Shown here: positions 18,403 through 27,724 of the stretch, piece after piece | Layout of the letters: the number at the start of each line of letters is the position of its first letter | Position numbering within the stretch: position 1 is the stretch's first letter | Virus record (IMG/VR): IMGVR_UViG_3300031718_000001 | Coordinates: 1 to 64,000 of that record | Source of the DNA: a virus | Reading direction: 5' to 3' (one strand) | Length of the DNA stretch: 64,000 bases | The notes under the pieces: generated by a model | Told to the model about the DNA's origin: nothing | The model's input: the letters and a program-made list of their open reading frames with translations, nothing else | The model's database searches: none | Program-made: the position numbers and the translations under genes

Positions 18403-18717
18403 TTGCGCGCTAGCGGCGTTCTCATAGCCATCGGGTACTCATGCCTGGCGGCCAATACCAAGCTGCCGATGCGGCACTGGCGCTGGCTGTGGGCAGCCGC
18501 CGTGCTCAAGATCCTCATCGGCGTCCCGCTCTTCGCCGCCCTGCTGATCCCGTACCTGCTGTGCAAGGGCTTCGTCTGGGCGATGGATGCCCTGGCCGGC
18601 CTCTTCTTCAGCATCTACGTAAAGGCCCACAACAGGGACCTGGCCGGCTCGGGGTGGCAGATACGCACCGAGCGCGCTCCGGCTCCCCGGCTGAGCCCGG
18701 ACTGGCAGAAGCGGTGA
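18403..18717 (+). CDS. hypothetical membrane protein
   Basis: hydrophobic stretches. Confidence 0.5.
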   Translation: MRASGVLIAIGYSCLAANTKLPMRHWRWLWAAAVLKILIGVPLFAALLIPYLLCKGFVWAMDALAGLFFSIYVKAHNRDLAGSGWQIRTERAPAPRLSPDWQKR

Positions 18718-18980
18718 GCGAGGAGCAGCCCGAGCTGCCCCCGGTCACGTTCGCCAAGTGGCCGCAGCGCAAGTGCCGTCAGCCGATGACCACCGACGGG
18801 CTGATCGACCACTGGTGCGGGCTGCCCGAGCTGCACCCAGGCCCGTGCTGCCCTAGTACGCTCGCATCGGCGATCAGGCGGCGCCAGCAGTGGGAGTCCG
18901 TCCATCCGGGATGGGAGAAGCTCCAGGCCCAGGACGACCCGTTCGCCGATGTTACCCAGCGACTCCAGGAGGGCCGATGA
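18714..18980 (+). CDS. hypothetical protein (C..H.GP.C motif)
   Basis: GTGA overlap, codon bias. Confidence 0.55.
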   Translation: MSEEQPELPPVTFAKWPQRKCRQPMTTDGLIDHWCGLPELHPGPCCPSTLASAIRRRQQWESVHPGWEKLQAQDDPFADVTQRLQEGR

Positions 18981-19288
18981 CCACACCGCGGCATCCCGAT
19001 CAGATGGTTACAAGGCTCGCCCCCGGTGCCCCGAGAAACCCGGCAGGCGGTCTCGGCCACGCCGTGGTCAGGAACACGGCACCGAAGTTCAACATCGTGA
19101 TCAGCTCGTCAGCGGACGGCGCCGAGCTGGTCCGGATGACCGAGGACGAGCGCGGCTGCCTGGTGGTGACCGGGAATGAGGCGCGCTGGGACGAGGGGGC
19201 CAAGCGGTTCCTGCACGAGATGATGCAGTGGTCCGGCCTGGTCGGAATCAACTGGAAGAGCGAGGTCGTCAAGGCCGTCGAGGAGTAG
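18977..19288 (+). CDS. hypothetical protein
   Basis: ATGA overlap with SD GGAGGG. Confidence 0.6.
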   Translation: MTTPRHPDQMVTRLAPGAPRNPAGGLGHAVVRNTAPKFNIVISSSADGAELVRMTEDERGCLVVTGNEARWDEGAKRFLHEMMQWSGLVGINWKSEVVKAVEE

Positions 19289-19394
19289 CGTGCGCTGGAT
19301 GCTCGGCACGATCCTGCTCATCCTGGCCACGGCCGTGCTGCTGATCATCTTCATCCACGTCGCCGTGTACCACCCTCATCACTAGGAGCACGCC

Positions 19395-20123
19395 TTGATC
19401 GTCGGGGTCCAGAACCTCTCCAAGTCCGTCACGAACCAGGACGCTTACGATATGTCGCTGCTGGTCAACCGGCAGCTCCGCGATCATGTCGCCCCGGCCT
19501 GGGGGCTGCTGCCCCCTACCGTCCTCTACCTGCCCAACGGGGCCAGCGGCGTGCACTACGACGCCATCATCGGCATCCTCGACGATGCCGATCAGGCCGG
19601 CGACCTCGGCTGGCACACCGAGGGGCCGGACGCCGACGTATACGGCCGCGTGTTCGCCCAGCCCGTGCTGGCCAACGGCGGCAACGCCCTGACCGCTGAC
19701 CTGTCCGTATGCTCGGTCCTGTCGCACGAGGCGATCGAGACGCTCGGCGACTCCGCCTGCGACCGCTGGGCGCAGCAGGAGAGCGGCATGCTGATCGCGG
19801 TGGAGCTGGCCGACCCGGTGGAGAGCGACTCCTACCAGCTCACCGTCTCTGCCAGGGGCGAGCAGGTCACCGGCACCGTATCCGACTTCGTGCTGCCTGC
19901 ATGGTTCGACCCGCAGGCAGCGGGCGGGAACACGGACCACATGGGCCTGGTCACCGCTCCGTTCCAGGTGCGCGACACCGGCTACGTCATCCAGATGAAC
20001 GGCGGGAACGTAACCGAGGTGTGGGGCGAGCGCTACCCGGGGTGGCGCCGGGCCACCAAGCAGAACCCGCTGTCCCGGACGGCCCGCCGGAACTGGGCGG
20101 CCACGCCGGTTACTGTCACCTGA
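19395..20123 (+). CDS. putative zincin-like metallopeptidase
   Basis: LGWH, SHEAIETLGD and ELADPVE motifs; TTG start with SD AGGAG. Confidence 0.6.
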   Translation: MIVGVQNLSKSVTNQDAYDMSLLVNRQLRDHVAPAWGLLPPTVLYLPNGASGVHYDAIIGILDDADQAGDLGWHTEGPDADVYGRVFAQPVLANGGNALTADLSVCSVLSHEAIETLGDSACDRWAQQESGMLIAVELADPVESDSYQLTVSARGEQVTGTVSDFVLPAWFDPQAAGGNTDHMGLVTAPFQVRDTGYVIQMNGGNVTEVWGERYPGWRRATKQNPLSRTARRNWAATPVTVT

Positions 20124-20127
20124 TGGT

Positions 20128-20156
20128 TTGACTAGCAAGAAAAGCTGTATTACCCT
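20128..20156 (+). promoter_or_regulatory. sigma70-like promoter with element in the spacer
   Basis: TTGACT-17-TACCCT. Confidence 0.65.
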
Positions 20157-20212
20157 TGCAGGTATTGGCGTCGGGCTGACCCGGCTGTCGATTCCTTGCA
20201 CGCGGTGCTCAG

Positions 20213-21193
20213 ATGGCCCCGCCGCCGGGCGCGCTTCCTGCGGGGAGCGCGCCCGTGCCATGTGAGGACGAGGGAAGGGCGGGCGGGACGGTTAACGGCC
20301 TGATAACGAGGTCTGGCGCCTGGTCCGGTGAGCGCGCCCGGGTCAGTGCCTATGTCGTCCACTGCAAGCACGCGCTCTATGACGTGTATGGCGGGCGTCC
20401 CGGGCCGCTAGGCAACCCGTTCGTCATCGGCACCGATGGCAGCCGGGCTGAGGTGATCACCAGGTTCGAGGAGCACCTGCTGAGCACGCCTGCGCTGCTC
20501 GCAATGCTGCCTGAACTGCGCGGGAAGATAATCGGCTGCTGGTGCGCTCCACGGCCATGCCATTGCGAGGTACTGGCCTGGTACGCGAACTGCGGGGAAG
20601 GAGTATCACAGATGGATAAAGAAGCTCAGCTAGCTGCGCTGTATGCCGAGTACGCGACGAGCCCGGTCCTCCAGCAGGTTGCCGACGGCAGGCGGCTGGT
20701 GCGCGGTTACGGCCCGCTCGAAGCCCCGCTGGTCGTCATCGGCGAGGCCCCGGGCGAGCAGGAGGACATCCAGGGCCGTCCGTTCGTCGGGCCGTCCGGA
20801 CGGCTCCTCCAGGAACTGTTCGCCAGGGCGGAGCTGCCCTGGGATCTGTGTTATGTAACGAACGTACTGCCATGGCGACCGCCCGGCAACCGCACGCCGT
20901 ACCAGTTCGAGATCATCGCCAGCTACCCGCGGGTCGAGCGCGAGATCGACCTGATCCAGCCGGTGCTCGTGGTGGCGGCCGGGTCCGTCGCCTGGCATGC
21001 GGTCAGCCAGGCCGAGCTGGGTGCGTTCACCACGGCTCGCGGCCACTGGATGCAGGTGCCCTGGAAGGACTGGATGGTGCTGCCGGTGTTCCACCCGAGC
21101 GCCATCCTGCGGGCTCACGGCACCGAGCGAGCCCAGATGGAGGAGCAGACTATCCGCGCCCTGCGCAGTGCCCTGGCCGGCGCCGATGCCTGA
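20213..21193 (+). CDS. udg: DUF4326-like domain in frame with a family-4-type uracil-DNA glycosylase (internal start at 20612)
   Basis: GRPGPLGNPF..GCWCAP.PCH (DUF4326-like); IGEAPG..E...GRPFVGPSG, TNV, RPPGNRTP and FHPS (UDG family 4). Confidence 0.8.
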   Translation: MAPPPGALPAGSAPVPCEDEGRAGGTVNGLITRSGAWSGERARVSAYVVHCKHALYDVYGGRPGPLGNPFVIGTDGSRAEVITRFEEHLLSTPALLAMLPELRGKIIGCWCAPRPCHCEVLAWYANCGEGVSQMDKEAQLAALYAEYATSPVLQQVADGRRLVRGYGPLEAPLVVIGEAPGEQEDIQGRPFVGPSGRLLQELFARAELPWDLCYVTNVLPWRPPGNRTPYQFEIIASYPRVEREIDLIQPVLVVAAGSVAWHAVSQAELGAFTTARGHWMQVPWKDWMVLPVFHPSAILRAHGTERAQMEEQTIRALRSALAGADA

Positions 21194-21740
21194 CGAGGAG
21201 ATCCCGGTCATCGAAGGCCCGGACCCGCGCGCCTGGCATGGCGACCCGGCGATCTGGGAGCGGCTCCTGGATGTCGAGGCCGTGGACCGGGTGTACAAGG
21301 CGATGGAGGGCGAGATCGCCCAGGACGAGGGGACCGGCCCGGCTTACCAGGAGGGACGCCGGCTGCTCCGGCATCTCGGCGGTCACTGCCGTGAGCAGCT
21401 CGCCCTCGCCTTGCTGGCCGCGTACGGAGTCGAGCCCGGTGAGACCGAGACCTCCCCGTTCGATAACGCGGGAAGGTCTCGGGCGTTCGGAGCCGGGACC
21501 TCACCTCCTGACGGGACCTTACCGGCTCCGGTAGCAGCAGCGCCCCCGGAAGGTACGGAGGCGCTTTGTCTACGACGACTGTCTGGGAAGCCGGGCTCAC
21601 GTGCGACGCTGAGGGGTGCGGCGGCGAGTTCACGCTCGGCGAGGAGATCATCTACTGGTACGGCCGCAAGCTGCACCAGAAGTGCGCCAGCGCCGACGCG
21701 GCCAGCCGGCGTGAGGCCTCGGGCGAGGACGGCGACGTGA
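21186..21740 (+). CDS. hypothetical protein (3' part overlaps the next gene, uncertain)
   Basis: ATG overlaps the UDG end; first ~100 codons look coding. Confidence 0.45.
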   Translation: MPDEEIPVIEGPDPRAWHGDPAIWERLLDVEAVDRVYKAMEGEIAQDEGTGPAYQEGRRLLRHLGGHCREQLALALLAAYGVEPGETETSPFDNAGRSRAFGAGTSPPDGTLPAPVAAAPPEGTEALCLRRLSGKPGSRATLRGAAASSRSARRSSTGTAASCTRSAPAPTRPAGVRPRARTAT

Positions 21741-22426
21741 TGCTGGCGGCACGCCAGCTCCTGGACTCCGGTGCCCGCGTGGTGCTGACCCGGCGTCAGC
21801 TCAGGGACCTGATCGGCCTGGCAGAGAAGCAGGGCCTGGAGCCCGTCAGGAAGCCCGACACGGGCCGTCAGCAGTGGTACGGCCGACTCCATGGCTGGAG
21901 CGCTGAACGTGTCCGTGCGGGGCTCTCAGCGGCCGAGGTGATAGGCCTGTGGCTCGACTTCCTCGACGCGGGCCGGATACCCCCGCTGCGCGTCCGTGAC
22001 CTGACCGCGATCGTCGATGTGATCAGCCGCCGTGACCCGTCCGTGATCGTTACCACCGCGTTACCCGGCTTCTCGCGTGACCTGGCGCCCGGCCGCAGAA
22101 GGGACAGGAACGCCCTGAGATGCGGAGGAACCGATGACAGATCGCAGCGCCCTGGTAGCGGCCGTCCAGACCGCCGGCAGCGGGGCAGCGCTCGCCCAGG
22201 CCGTCGCGACGCTGGATGCCCACGACCGCCACCGCGCCGCAGCGCTCAATGCCCAGCGCGACCTCGACCTGGGCGTGCAGATCGTCGCCGAGCGGCTCAC
22301 CCCCGTCCCGCTGCACGAGCATCACACCGCGGCCACCGACTGGCTGGGCGACTACCAGGAACCCGCGGACGGCACCTACCGCACCGCGATGATCGCGGAG
22401 GCATCCGTCTGGTACCGCGGCCTTGA
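21566..22426 (+). CDS. hypothetical protein with N-terminal C..C..H..C zinc site (3' overlap suspicious)
   Basis: TTG with SD GGAGG; coding-like to about 22050. Confidence 0.45.
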   Translation: MSTTTVWEAGLTCDAEGCGGEFTLGEEIIYWYGRKLHQKCASADAASRREASGEDGDVMLAARQLLDSGARVVLTRRQLRDLIGLAEKQGLEPVRKPDTGRQQWYGRLHGWSAERVRAGLSAAEVIGLWLDFLDAGRIPPLRVRDLTAIVDVISRRDPSVIVTTALPGFSRDLAPGRRRDRNALRCGGTDDRSQRPGSGRPDRRQRGSARPGRRDAGCPRPPPRRSAQCPARPRPGRADRRRAAHPRPAARASHRGHRLAGRLPGTRGRHLPHRDDRGGIRLVPRP

Positions 22427-23747
22427 CCCGGCCGTCCGCGGGGATGCCCAGGAGCTGGCCGAGCAGGCCCGCGGCCGGGCGCGCACCGCTGCGTCCGCCT
22501 TCGGCGCCCAGGCCGTCGCAGCCCAGCATGAGTTCCTCCAGGTGGTCAGTTACCTCCGCATGGCCGAAGGTGCCAGCGGGCTGCCGCAGATCGACCAGAC
22601 CATCGACCCGAACAACCAGCCGAGCGCCACGCCGTACCCGACCGAGGTGTTCCCGACCTTCGGCGAGGAACAGGACCCGTATAACGGCGTCGAGACCAGC
22701 AACCACCAGTCGGGTGCGGCCAGCGCCGGCGCTCCGCTGATCCAGCAGGTCGAGCAGCAGAACGCCTCGGGTTCCGGCTTCGGGACCGGCCCGGAGAAGC
22801 CTGACGAGCACAGCCTCGGCTTCGACACGAGCAACTCCTACGCCGAAGTGCCGCTCGGGCCGCCCGGCCAGATCCCCACGGCTCCCGCCGCGACGGACCA
22901 GATGGCCTCCAGCCACCCGAACCCGGTGGCGGGCACCATCCAGGATGCCGGGAGCGACCGGCGCCCCACCGTGGCGCACATCGAGGGCTACAGCCTGCCG
23001 GACCCGTTCGGCTACCGGTGGCCGATGACCGGGGAGGTGCACCACCCGTTCCACGAGCGGTGCGCCAGCGCGCACTGGCCGGATGAGTCCTGCGGCGACC
23101 GCACGCACACAGCGTCCATGGCGGTCGGGTACATGATGAACCTGGATCAGGCCCGGCGCCAGGCTGCCTGCGAGGCCGTCGGCGTGCGCGAGGGAGTCCG
23201 GATCGTCGCTTCAACCGGCTCGCTGGCCGAGCTGGGCGGCTATCACAACCGGTTCGCCGCCGCCTGGAACGGCTCGGGCCGGACAGCCGACGACACTGCG
23301 GTGCTGCACGGGTTCATGGCCGTGGTGCGCCCGGTACTGGCCGAGGTAGGCCAGCGGGAAGCCAAGTCGTGTGACGAGTGCGCCTCGGGCAACTGCCAGA
23401 ACTGCAAGGGGCACGGCTGCACGTGCAGCAAGTGCACCACCCAGTTCGGCCCGCGGCCGGGGAACTCCAAGACCGCGGCAGGCGGCCTCGCGGCCGGAGG
23501 CGTTACCGAGCACGAGCGCGAGACCGCCACGCATCACCTGCCCGGCACTGACGGCAAGTTCCCGGTCAACGGCCCGGCCGATGTGGAGAACGCCAAGCAC
23601 GACATCGGCCGGACTAATGAGCCGCACGCAAAGGTGGTCCGGTACATCAACGAGATGGCGAAGGAGTACCACGTCGCGCCAGTCGGCGGCAGCCAGAAGG
23701 CCGCAGCCCTGGGGAGGGAGCCAAATTTTACGGTCACGGCGCTCTGA
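22134..23747 (+). CDS. putative head/internal virion protein, short form
   Basis: SD GGAGG; Pro/Gln/Ala-rich, [KRH]TA linkers, Cys cluster, DUF6582-like KFPV..NA segment. Confidence 0.65.
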   Translation: MTDRSALVAAVQTAGSGAALAQAVATLDAHDRHRAAALNAQRDLDLGVQIVAERLTPVPLHEHHTAATDWLGDYQEPADGTYRTAMIAEASVWYRGLDPAVRGDAQELAEQARGRARTAASAFGAQAVAAQHEFLQVVSYLRMAEGASGLPQIDQTIDPNNQPSATPYPTEVFPTFGEEQDPYNGVETSNHQSGAASAGAPLIQQVEQQNASGSGFGTGPEKPDEHSLGFDTSNSYAEVPLGPPGQIPTAPAATDQMASSHPNPVAGTIQDAGSDRRPTVAHIEGYSLPDPFGYRWPMTGEVHHPFHERCASAHWPDESCGDRTHTASMAVGYMMNLDQARRQAACEAVGVREGVRIVASTGSLAELGGYHNRFAAAWNGSGRTADDTAVLHGFMAVVRPVLAEVGQREAKSCDECASGNCQNCKGHGCTCSKCTTQFGPRPGNSKTAAGGLAAGGVTEHERETATHHLPGTDGKFPVNGPADVENAKHDIGRTNEPHAKVVRYINEMAKEYHVAPVGGSQKAAALGREPNFTVTAL

Positions 23748-23767
23748 CCAGGACAGCCCAGAGCGCC
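23723..23767 (+). other. candidate -1 frameshift signal: A AAT TTT plus downstream stem-loop/pseudoknot
   Basis: heptamer 23723-23729; GGCGCTCTG (23738-46) pairs with CAGAGCGCC (23759-67); GGTCA (23732-36) pairs with TGACC (23745-49); GGAGG at 23713-17. Confidence 0.75.
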
Positions 23768-25495
23768 CTCTCGCCGCAGGATATGGTCGCCGGGATGCCG
23801 GCCATGTCTGCCTCCGGCGACATGGCCGCCGCGACGCCCGGCGCGGAGGAGGAGACCGCTGGCAGCGTCAGCAACACCGCCCCCATGGGCGCGTCCGCCT
23901 CGGTGCGCCAGGGCGCCAGCGGGCTGACCCAGATCCAGCAGGTCACCGACCCGAACAACGCGCCGAGCCCGCAGGATGACCAGCTTCCCGAGGGCGTCAT
24001 GTTCCCGATTAACGAGAGATGGTCTCAGCAGTGGGTCACCGGCCCGCAGGGCGCCCAGCCCCAGGGCGCCAAGGAGGCCGCCCGCCAGAACGGGCTGCCG
24101 ACCCGGGCGGCGGAGATGTTCGGCCGGATGGACGCCATGGACGGGCGCCAGCCGCAGCACAAGGACGAGTTCGCCTACTCCAAGATCCAGCACGGCCGCT
24201 ACCTGGGCGGCTGGAATGAGACGGCCGGCCTGATCCACGGCATGGTCGGCCGTGCCCCGATGTCCAGGGACGAGTACACCAGCGCGACCGGCCGGCCGGA
24301 CCTGCATCCGCACTACCTGTCCGCGTATGCCCAGGGCCGGAAGATGAACTCCAGCACGAGCGGCCCGTACGGCGACAGCCAGCAGCTAACCGCCGCGCTC
24401 CAGGTCCGGGCCGATACCTGGACCTCGCCGCACCAGACCACTGATGACCTGAATCCGCCGTACAACTCCCCGGCCACTGCGCCGCAGCCGGCCAGCCAGA
24501 ACATGGACCCGCGCGCCCAGGACTACGCGGCTGGCCAGAAGGCAGGCAAGGACGACAAGGCGAGCGGCCAGCGGCCGGCCTTCGCCGACAACTCCTCGAC
24601 GGTCTCCCCCTACGTCAAGGGGTATGCCGAGGCCTACGGCGCCCCCGCGGCTCCGTCGGATCAGATGGACGTGCCCGCCAGCATGGAACCGGGCGCCGAC
24701 TCGGGGCAGGCCCTGAACACCCAGCAGGCGCAGCAGGCCTTCCAGGTGGCCCGCGCGTCGCTCTCGTTCGCTCCTGCCGAGCTGTTCCGGGATGCCGACT
24801 TCTCGAAGGGCTACCTGTATGCCTCGAAGTGGCGGCCTGGCACCCGCCTGGTGTCCCGCGGGTCGGCCAGGTTCGAGGCCGGGCTGTATGCCGGCATCAC
24901 CGACTCGCCCGCCAGTCATCAGCAGGCGTGGCTCTCGGCGCATGCGGCTGCGTCCGGGAGCCACCCGGTCCTTGCCAGGCGGATCGCCCTGCACCGCTCG
25001 TTCACCCGCAAGCACGCCAGGAAGACGGGCCTGCGTGCCCAGGGCGCCTACATCCGCAATGCGGGGGTGTCTACCGACCTGATCACCGACGGGCCGGGTA
25101 CCTCCCCGGACCCGATGGGCGCGACGCCGCTGAACGGGCCGGGTACCGCACCGGAGATGGCCGGGGCGAACAACGCGAACGCACCGGGCGGCTCCCCGCC
25201 GTACCAGGGTGCGCCGCCGCTGCCGGGCGGCCCGGTGGTATCCGATGACGTGATGGGCAGGCAGCAGGAAGCCCCGCAGCCGTCCGGGCCGTTCACCAAC
25301 ACGTTCTCCGGCCGGCACCCGGAGAACGTCACCCTGGCTCCCGTGGCGCCGAACAGCGCGGCCGGGCCGGGCTACTCGAACAGGAGCGCCTACTCCGGCG
25401 ACCCGCTCGGCGGCGACCGCACGGCGAACCTCAGACTGGCCGCGTTCCGCGAGCGCGTCCAGCAGGGACTGGCTCAGATGGGAGTACCGGCATGA
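23729..25495 (+). CDS. putative head/internal virion protein, -1 frame extension of the 22134 ORF (first ATG 23783)
   Basis: frame open from the slippery site; repeats the GASGLxQIxQxxDPNN motif of the upstream ORF. Confidence 0.65.
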   Translation, partial: YGHGALTRTAQSALSPQDMVAGMPAMSASGDMAAATPGAEEETAGSVSNTAPMGASASVRQGASGLTQIQQVTDPNNAPSPQDDQLPEGVMFPINERWSQQWVTGPQGAQPQGAKEAARQNGLPTRAAEMFGRMDAMDGRQPQHKDEFAYSKIQHGRYLGGWNETAGLIHGMVGRAPMSRDEYTSATGRPDLHPHYLSAYAQGRKMNSSTSGPYGDSQQLTAALQVRADTWTSPHQTTDDLNPPYNSPATAPQPASQNMDPRAQDYAAGQKAGKDDKASGQRPAFADNSSTVSPYVKGYAEAYGAPAAPSDQMDVPASMEPGADSGQALNTQQAQQAFQVARASLSFAPAELFRDADFSKGYLYASKWRPGTRLVSRGSARFEAGLYAGITDSPASHQQAWLSAHAAASGSHPVLARRIALHRSFTRKHARKTGLRAQGAYIRNAGVSTDLITDGPGTSPDPMGATPLNGPGTAPEMAGANNANAPGGSPPYQGAPPLPGGPVVSDDVMGRQQEAPQPSGPFTNTFSGRHPENVTLAPVAPNSAAGPGYSNRSAYSGDPLGGDRTANLRLAAFRERVQQGLAQMGVPA

Positions 25496-26502
25496 CCGAG
25501 TGGAGCGGCGACATGTGGGCCGAGGCCTCAGCCGATCACGACCTGATGGCCCGCGAGGCCGCGCTTGCCCTGGCCGATGCCGAGCTGGAGGCGATCATGC
25601 CATTCCTGCTCGCGTCACGGTCAGCATCGGAGTTCACGCACCGCAGCGCCCTGGCCAAGGCGTCGATCTGCTCGATCGCCGCGCGGTGCGGGATCAGCGA
25701 GGATGACCTGATGGCCACGGCCCGGCGCCATTACGAGCTGTACCGCAAGGCGCTGGCAGAGGGCACCGACCCGGTGATCTCGCTCGAACCGCTGCTGAAC
25801 GGAGGCCAGGGCGGCCCGGAGAAGCCGGACGAGCACGACACCGGCCCGGACTTCAGCCACGGCTACAGCGAGGTTCCCGCCGGTCCTCCGGGCGGTCCTG
25901 ACCCGGCAGTGACCCGGCCACGGCCGCCCTCGACGGGTCCTGTCCAGGAGGCTACCGGCGCGGTACGGCGGCAGGCCCAGGGCGGCAGCATGACGATGCC
26001 CTACACGCCGATGGCGCCCGACACCGGCACCGGGGCAGGATCGGTGGACATGGGCACTCCCGCGGCTAACGGAGGCGGCCTTTCTGCGAGCCTTCCCGCT
26101 GGCATGGCCGGGAACGGCGACGATACCACCCCGATCACGCCGCCTTCGATCGGCCAGGTAACCTCATCAGCCGATCCGGTGCGGCGCAAGGTGATGGCCA
26201 TCACCGCGGCGATCTCGGCAACCAACCCGGGCTTGCCGCAGGACGAGTGCGAGCGGGTCGCGCGCCAGGTGGTCGGCCGCTACTTCTTCGAGGCTGACCT
26301 GAACGGCAGCGTGATGAACGATGAGCCGGTGAACGACGGCGGAGGCGGATCAGGAGGCTCCGGCGGTTCGGGCGGCGGAGGCGGATTGCTCCAGCACGGC
26401 CTGGAGTGGCAGGGCCTGAAGTCGATGATCCCGGGCGGCGGCGAGGCAGCGGCCGGAGGAGGCGCTGCCGAGGTTGCCGAGCTGGGCGCGCTGGCCCTCT
26501 GA
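25492..26502 (+). CDS. putative head/internal virion protein
   Basis: ATGA overlap; shares the GPEKPDEH..Y.EVP.GPPG motif with the 22134 ORF; Gly/Pro-rich. Confidence 0.6.
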   Translation: MTEWSGDMWAEASADHDLMAREAALALADAELEAIMPFLLASRSASEFTHRSALAKASICSIAARCGISEDDLMATARRHYELYRKALAEGTDPVISLEPLLNGGQGGPEKPDEHDTGPDFSHGYSEVPAGPPGGPDPAVTRPRPPSTGPVQEATGAVRRQAQGGSMTMPYTPMAPDTGTGAGSVDMGTPAANGGGLSASLPAGMAGNGDDTTPITPPSIGQVTSSADPVRRKVMAITAAISATNPGLPQDECERVARQVVGRYFFEADLNGSVMNDEPVNDGGGGSGGSGGSGGGGGLLQHGLEWQGLKSMIPGGGEAAAGGGAAEVAELGALAL

Positions 26503-26506
26503 GCAC

Positions 26507-26545
26507 GAGAAAGGCGGCCCACCCTGCGTGAGCCGCCTTTTCCTC
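26507..26545. terminator. bidirectional terminator between convergent blocks
   Basis: AAAGGCGGC...GCCGCCTTT stem flanked by A and T tracts. Confidence 0.7.
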
Positions 26546-26569
26546 GGTACCAGGCGATGCGGGCCTAGC

Positions 26570-26941
26570 CTACTCCTCGGCCGCGAACACGATCTCCAGG
26601 TAGGCCTCTGCGCGGGACTCGCTGATCCAGCCGTTCTGCGAGAAGCTGGTTGCCCCCTCCACGCCCCACGTCTCGATCGCGCAGCGCTGGGGGTCCTTGA
26701 GCACCCGGAACCCGATGTTGTGCGCGGCCTCCTCGCCGGGCTCCAGCCGGTCCTTGCCCTCAGCAGGCAGCAGCCAGACCCAGCTCATCCGCCAGACATC
26801 GCGCACCCGCACCCAGTCGTTCACGCTGTGAACCGAAGCGGGGTGGCCGAGCAGGGCGCTGATCCGCTCGGCTGACTTGATGCAGGCCTGCCGCAGCGCG
26901 TCCGCTTCGAGGCCGCGCAGCTCCGTTACCGTCTTCTCCAT
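26570..26941 (-). CDS. hypothetical protein
   Basis: last gene of the minus-strand block, codon bias. Confidence 0.55.
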   Translation of the reverse strand: MEKTVTELRGLEADALRQACIKSAERISALLGHPASVHSVNDWVRVRDVWRMSWVWLLPAEGKDRLEPGEEAAHNIGFRVLKDPQRCAIETWGVEGATSFSQNGWISESRAEAYLEIVFAAEE

Positions 26942-26944
26942 GAG

Positions 26945-27724
26945 TCATCCTTTCCACTGGTCGCGGCCGACATCCCAGGTTTCCTCGGCCGGCCGCGGAC
27001 GGTCGAGGCGCTTGATCTCATCGGTGTGCAGCCGCTCGAACTCAGCCTTTGTGTCGTCGGCGTGACCGGCCATGTTCGTCAGGTGGTGCGCCAGGTCGCC
27101 GACGGGCTCGGGAACTGCCCCGAAGTACGTCCAGGGCAGGCCGGTCAGTATCTCGGCTACCTGGTACGTGCACGCAGCCATCTCCTCCATATCCTCGCGG
27201 TGAGCGGTCAGGAACGCCCGGATCTCGTTCGCCGAGCACGGGCCGAACCGGTCCATCCTGGACATGACCTCATCGCACTGGCTGACCCAGCCCGAGCTGG
27301 CCAGTGACTCCGCGGTGCTCTCTGCCTGGTCCCTGGCGCGCTCCGCTTTCTGGAGCCGTCTCCTCGCCTGCGCGAGCCGTTCCGTGGCCGCGGCGACAGC
27401 AGCGGCCCGTGCTCCGTGGCAGCCGGTGCACGGGTCGCTCACGCTCATGCACTGTGCACCGGACAGCTCGCCGACGGCGTTCCTGACCCCCCGTCCGGCC
27501 TGCTCCAGCTCCTGGCCGAGGCGCTCCTCGCCCTGGCGGAAGGCGCTCAGGGCGAACCCGGCCTGCTCGGACGCGGCCCCGAACCGGGCGGCCTGCTCAC
27601 CCATGTTCTCGGCCGTGAACCGGCTGACCGGCAGGTCATCGCTGAACTTCCCCTCGACGAAGGTGCCAGCCTGCTGGCACTCCGAGAGCATCATCGGCAT
27701 CTGGTCAAGAGGAGGAACGTTCAT
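26945..27724 (-). CDS. coiled-coil protein with C-terminal helical domain resembling Streptomyces plasmid transfer-region proteins
   Basis: ends FERLHTDEIKRLDRPRPAEETWDV; aligns by eye with the 41200 and 41883 proteins. Confidence 0.5.
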   Translation of the reverse strand: MNVPPLDQMPMMLSECQQAGTFVEGKFSDDLPVSRFTAENMGEQAARFGAASEQAGFALSAFRQGEERLGQELEQAGRGVRNAVGELSGAQCMSVSDPCTGCHGARAAAVAAATERLAQARRRLQKAERARDQAESTAESLASSGWVSQCDEVMSRMDRFGPCSANEIRAFLTAHREDMEEMAACTYQVAEILTGLPWTYFGAVPEPVGDLAHHLTNMAGHADDTKAEFERLHTDEIKRLDRPRPAEETWDVGRDQWKG

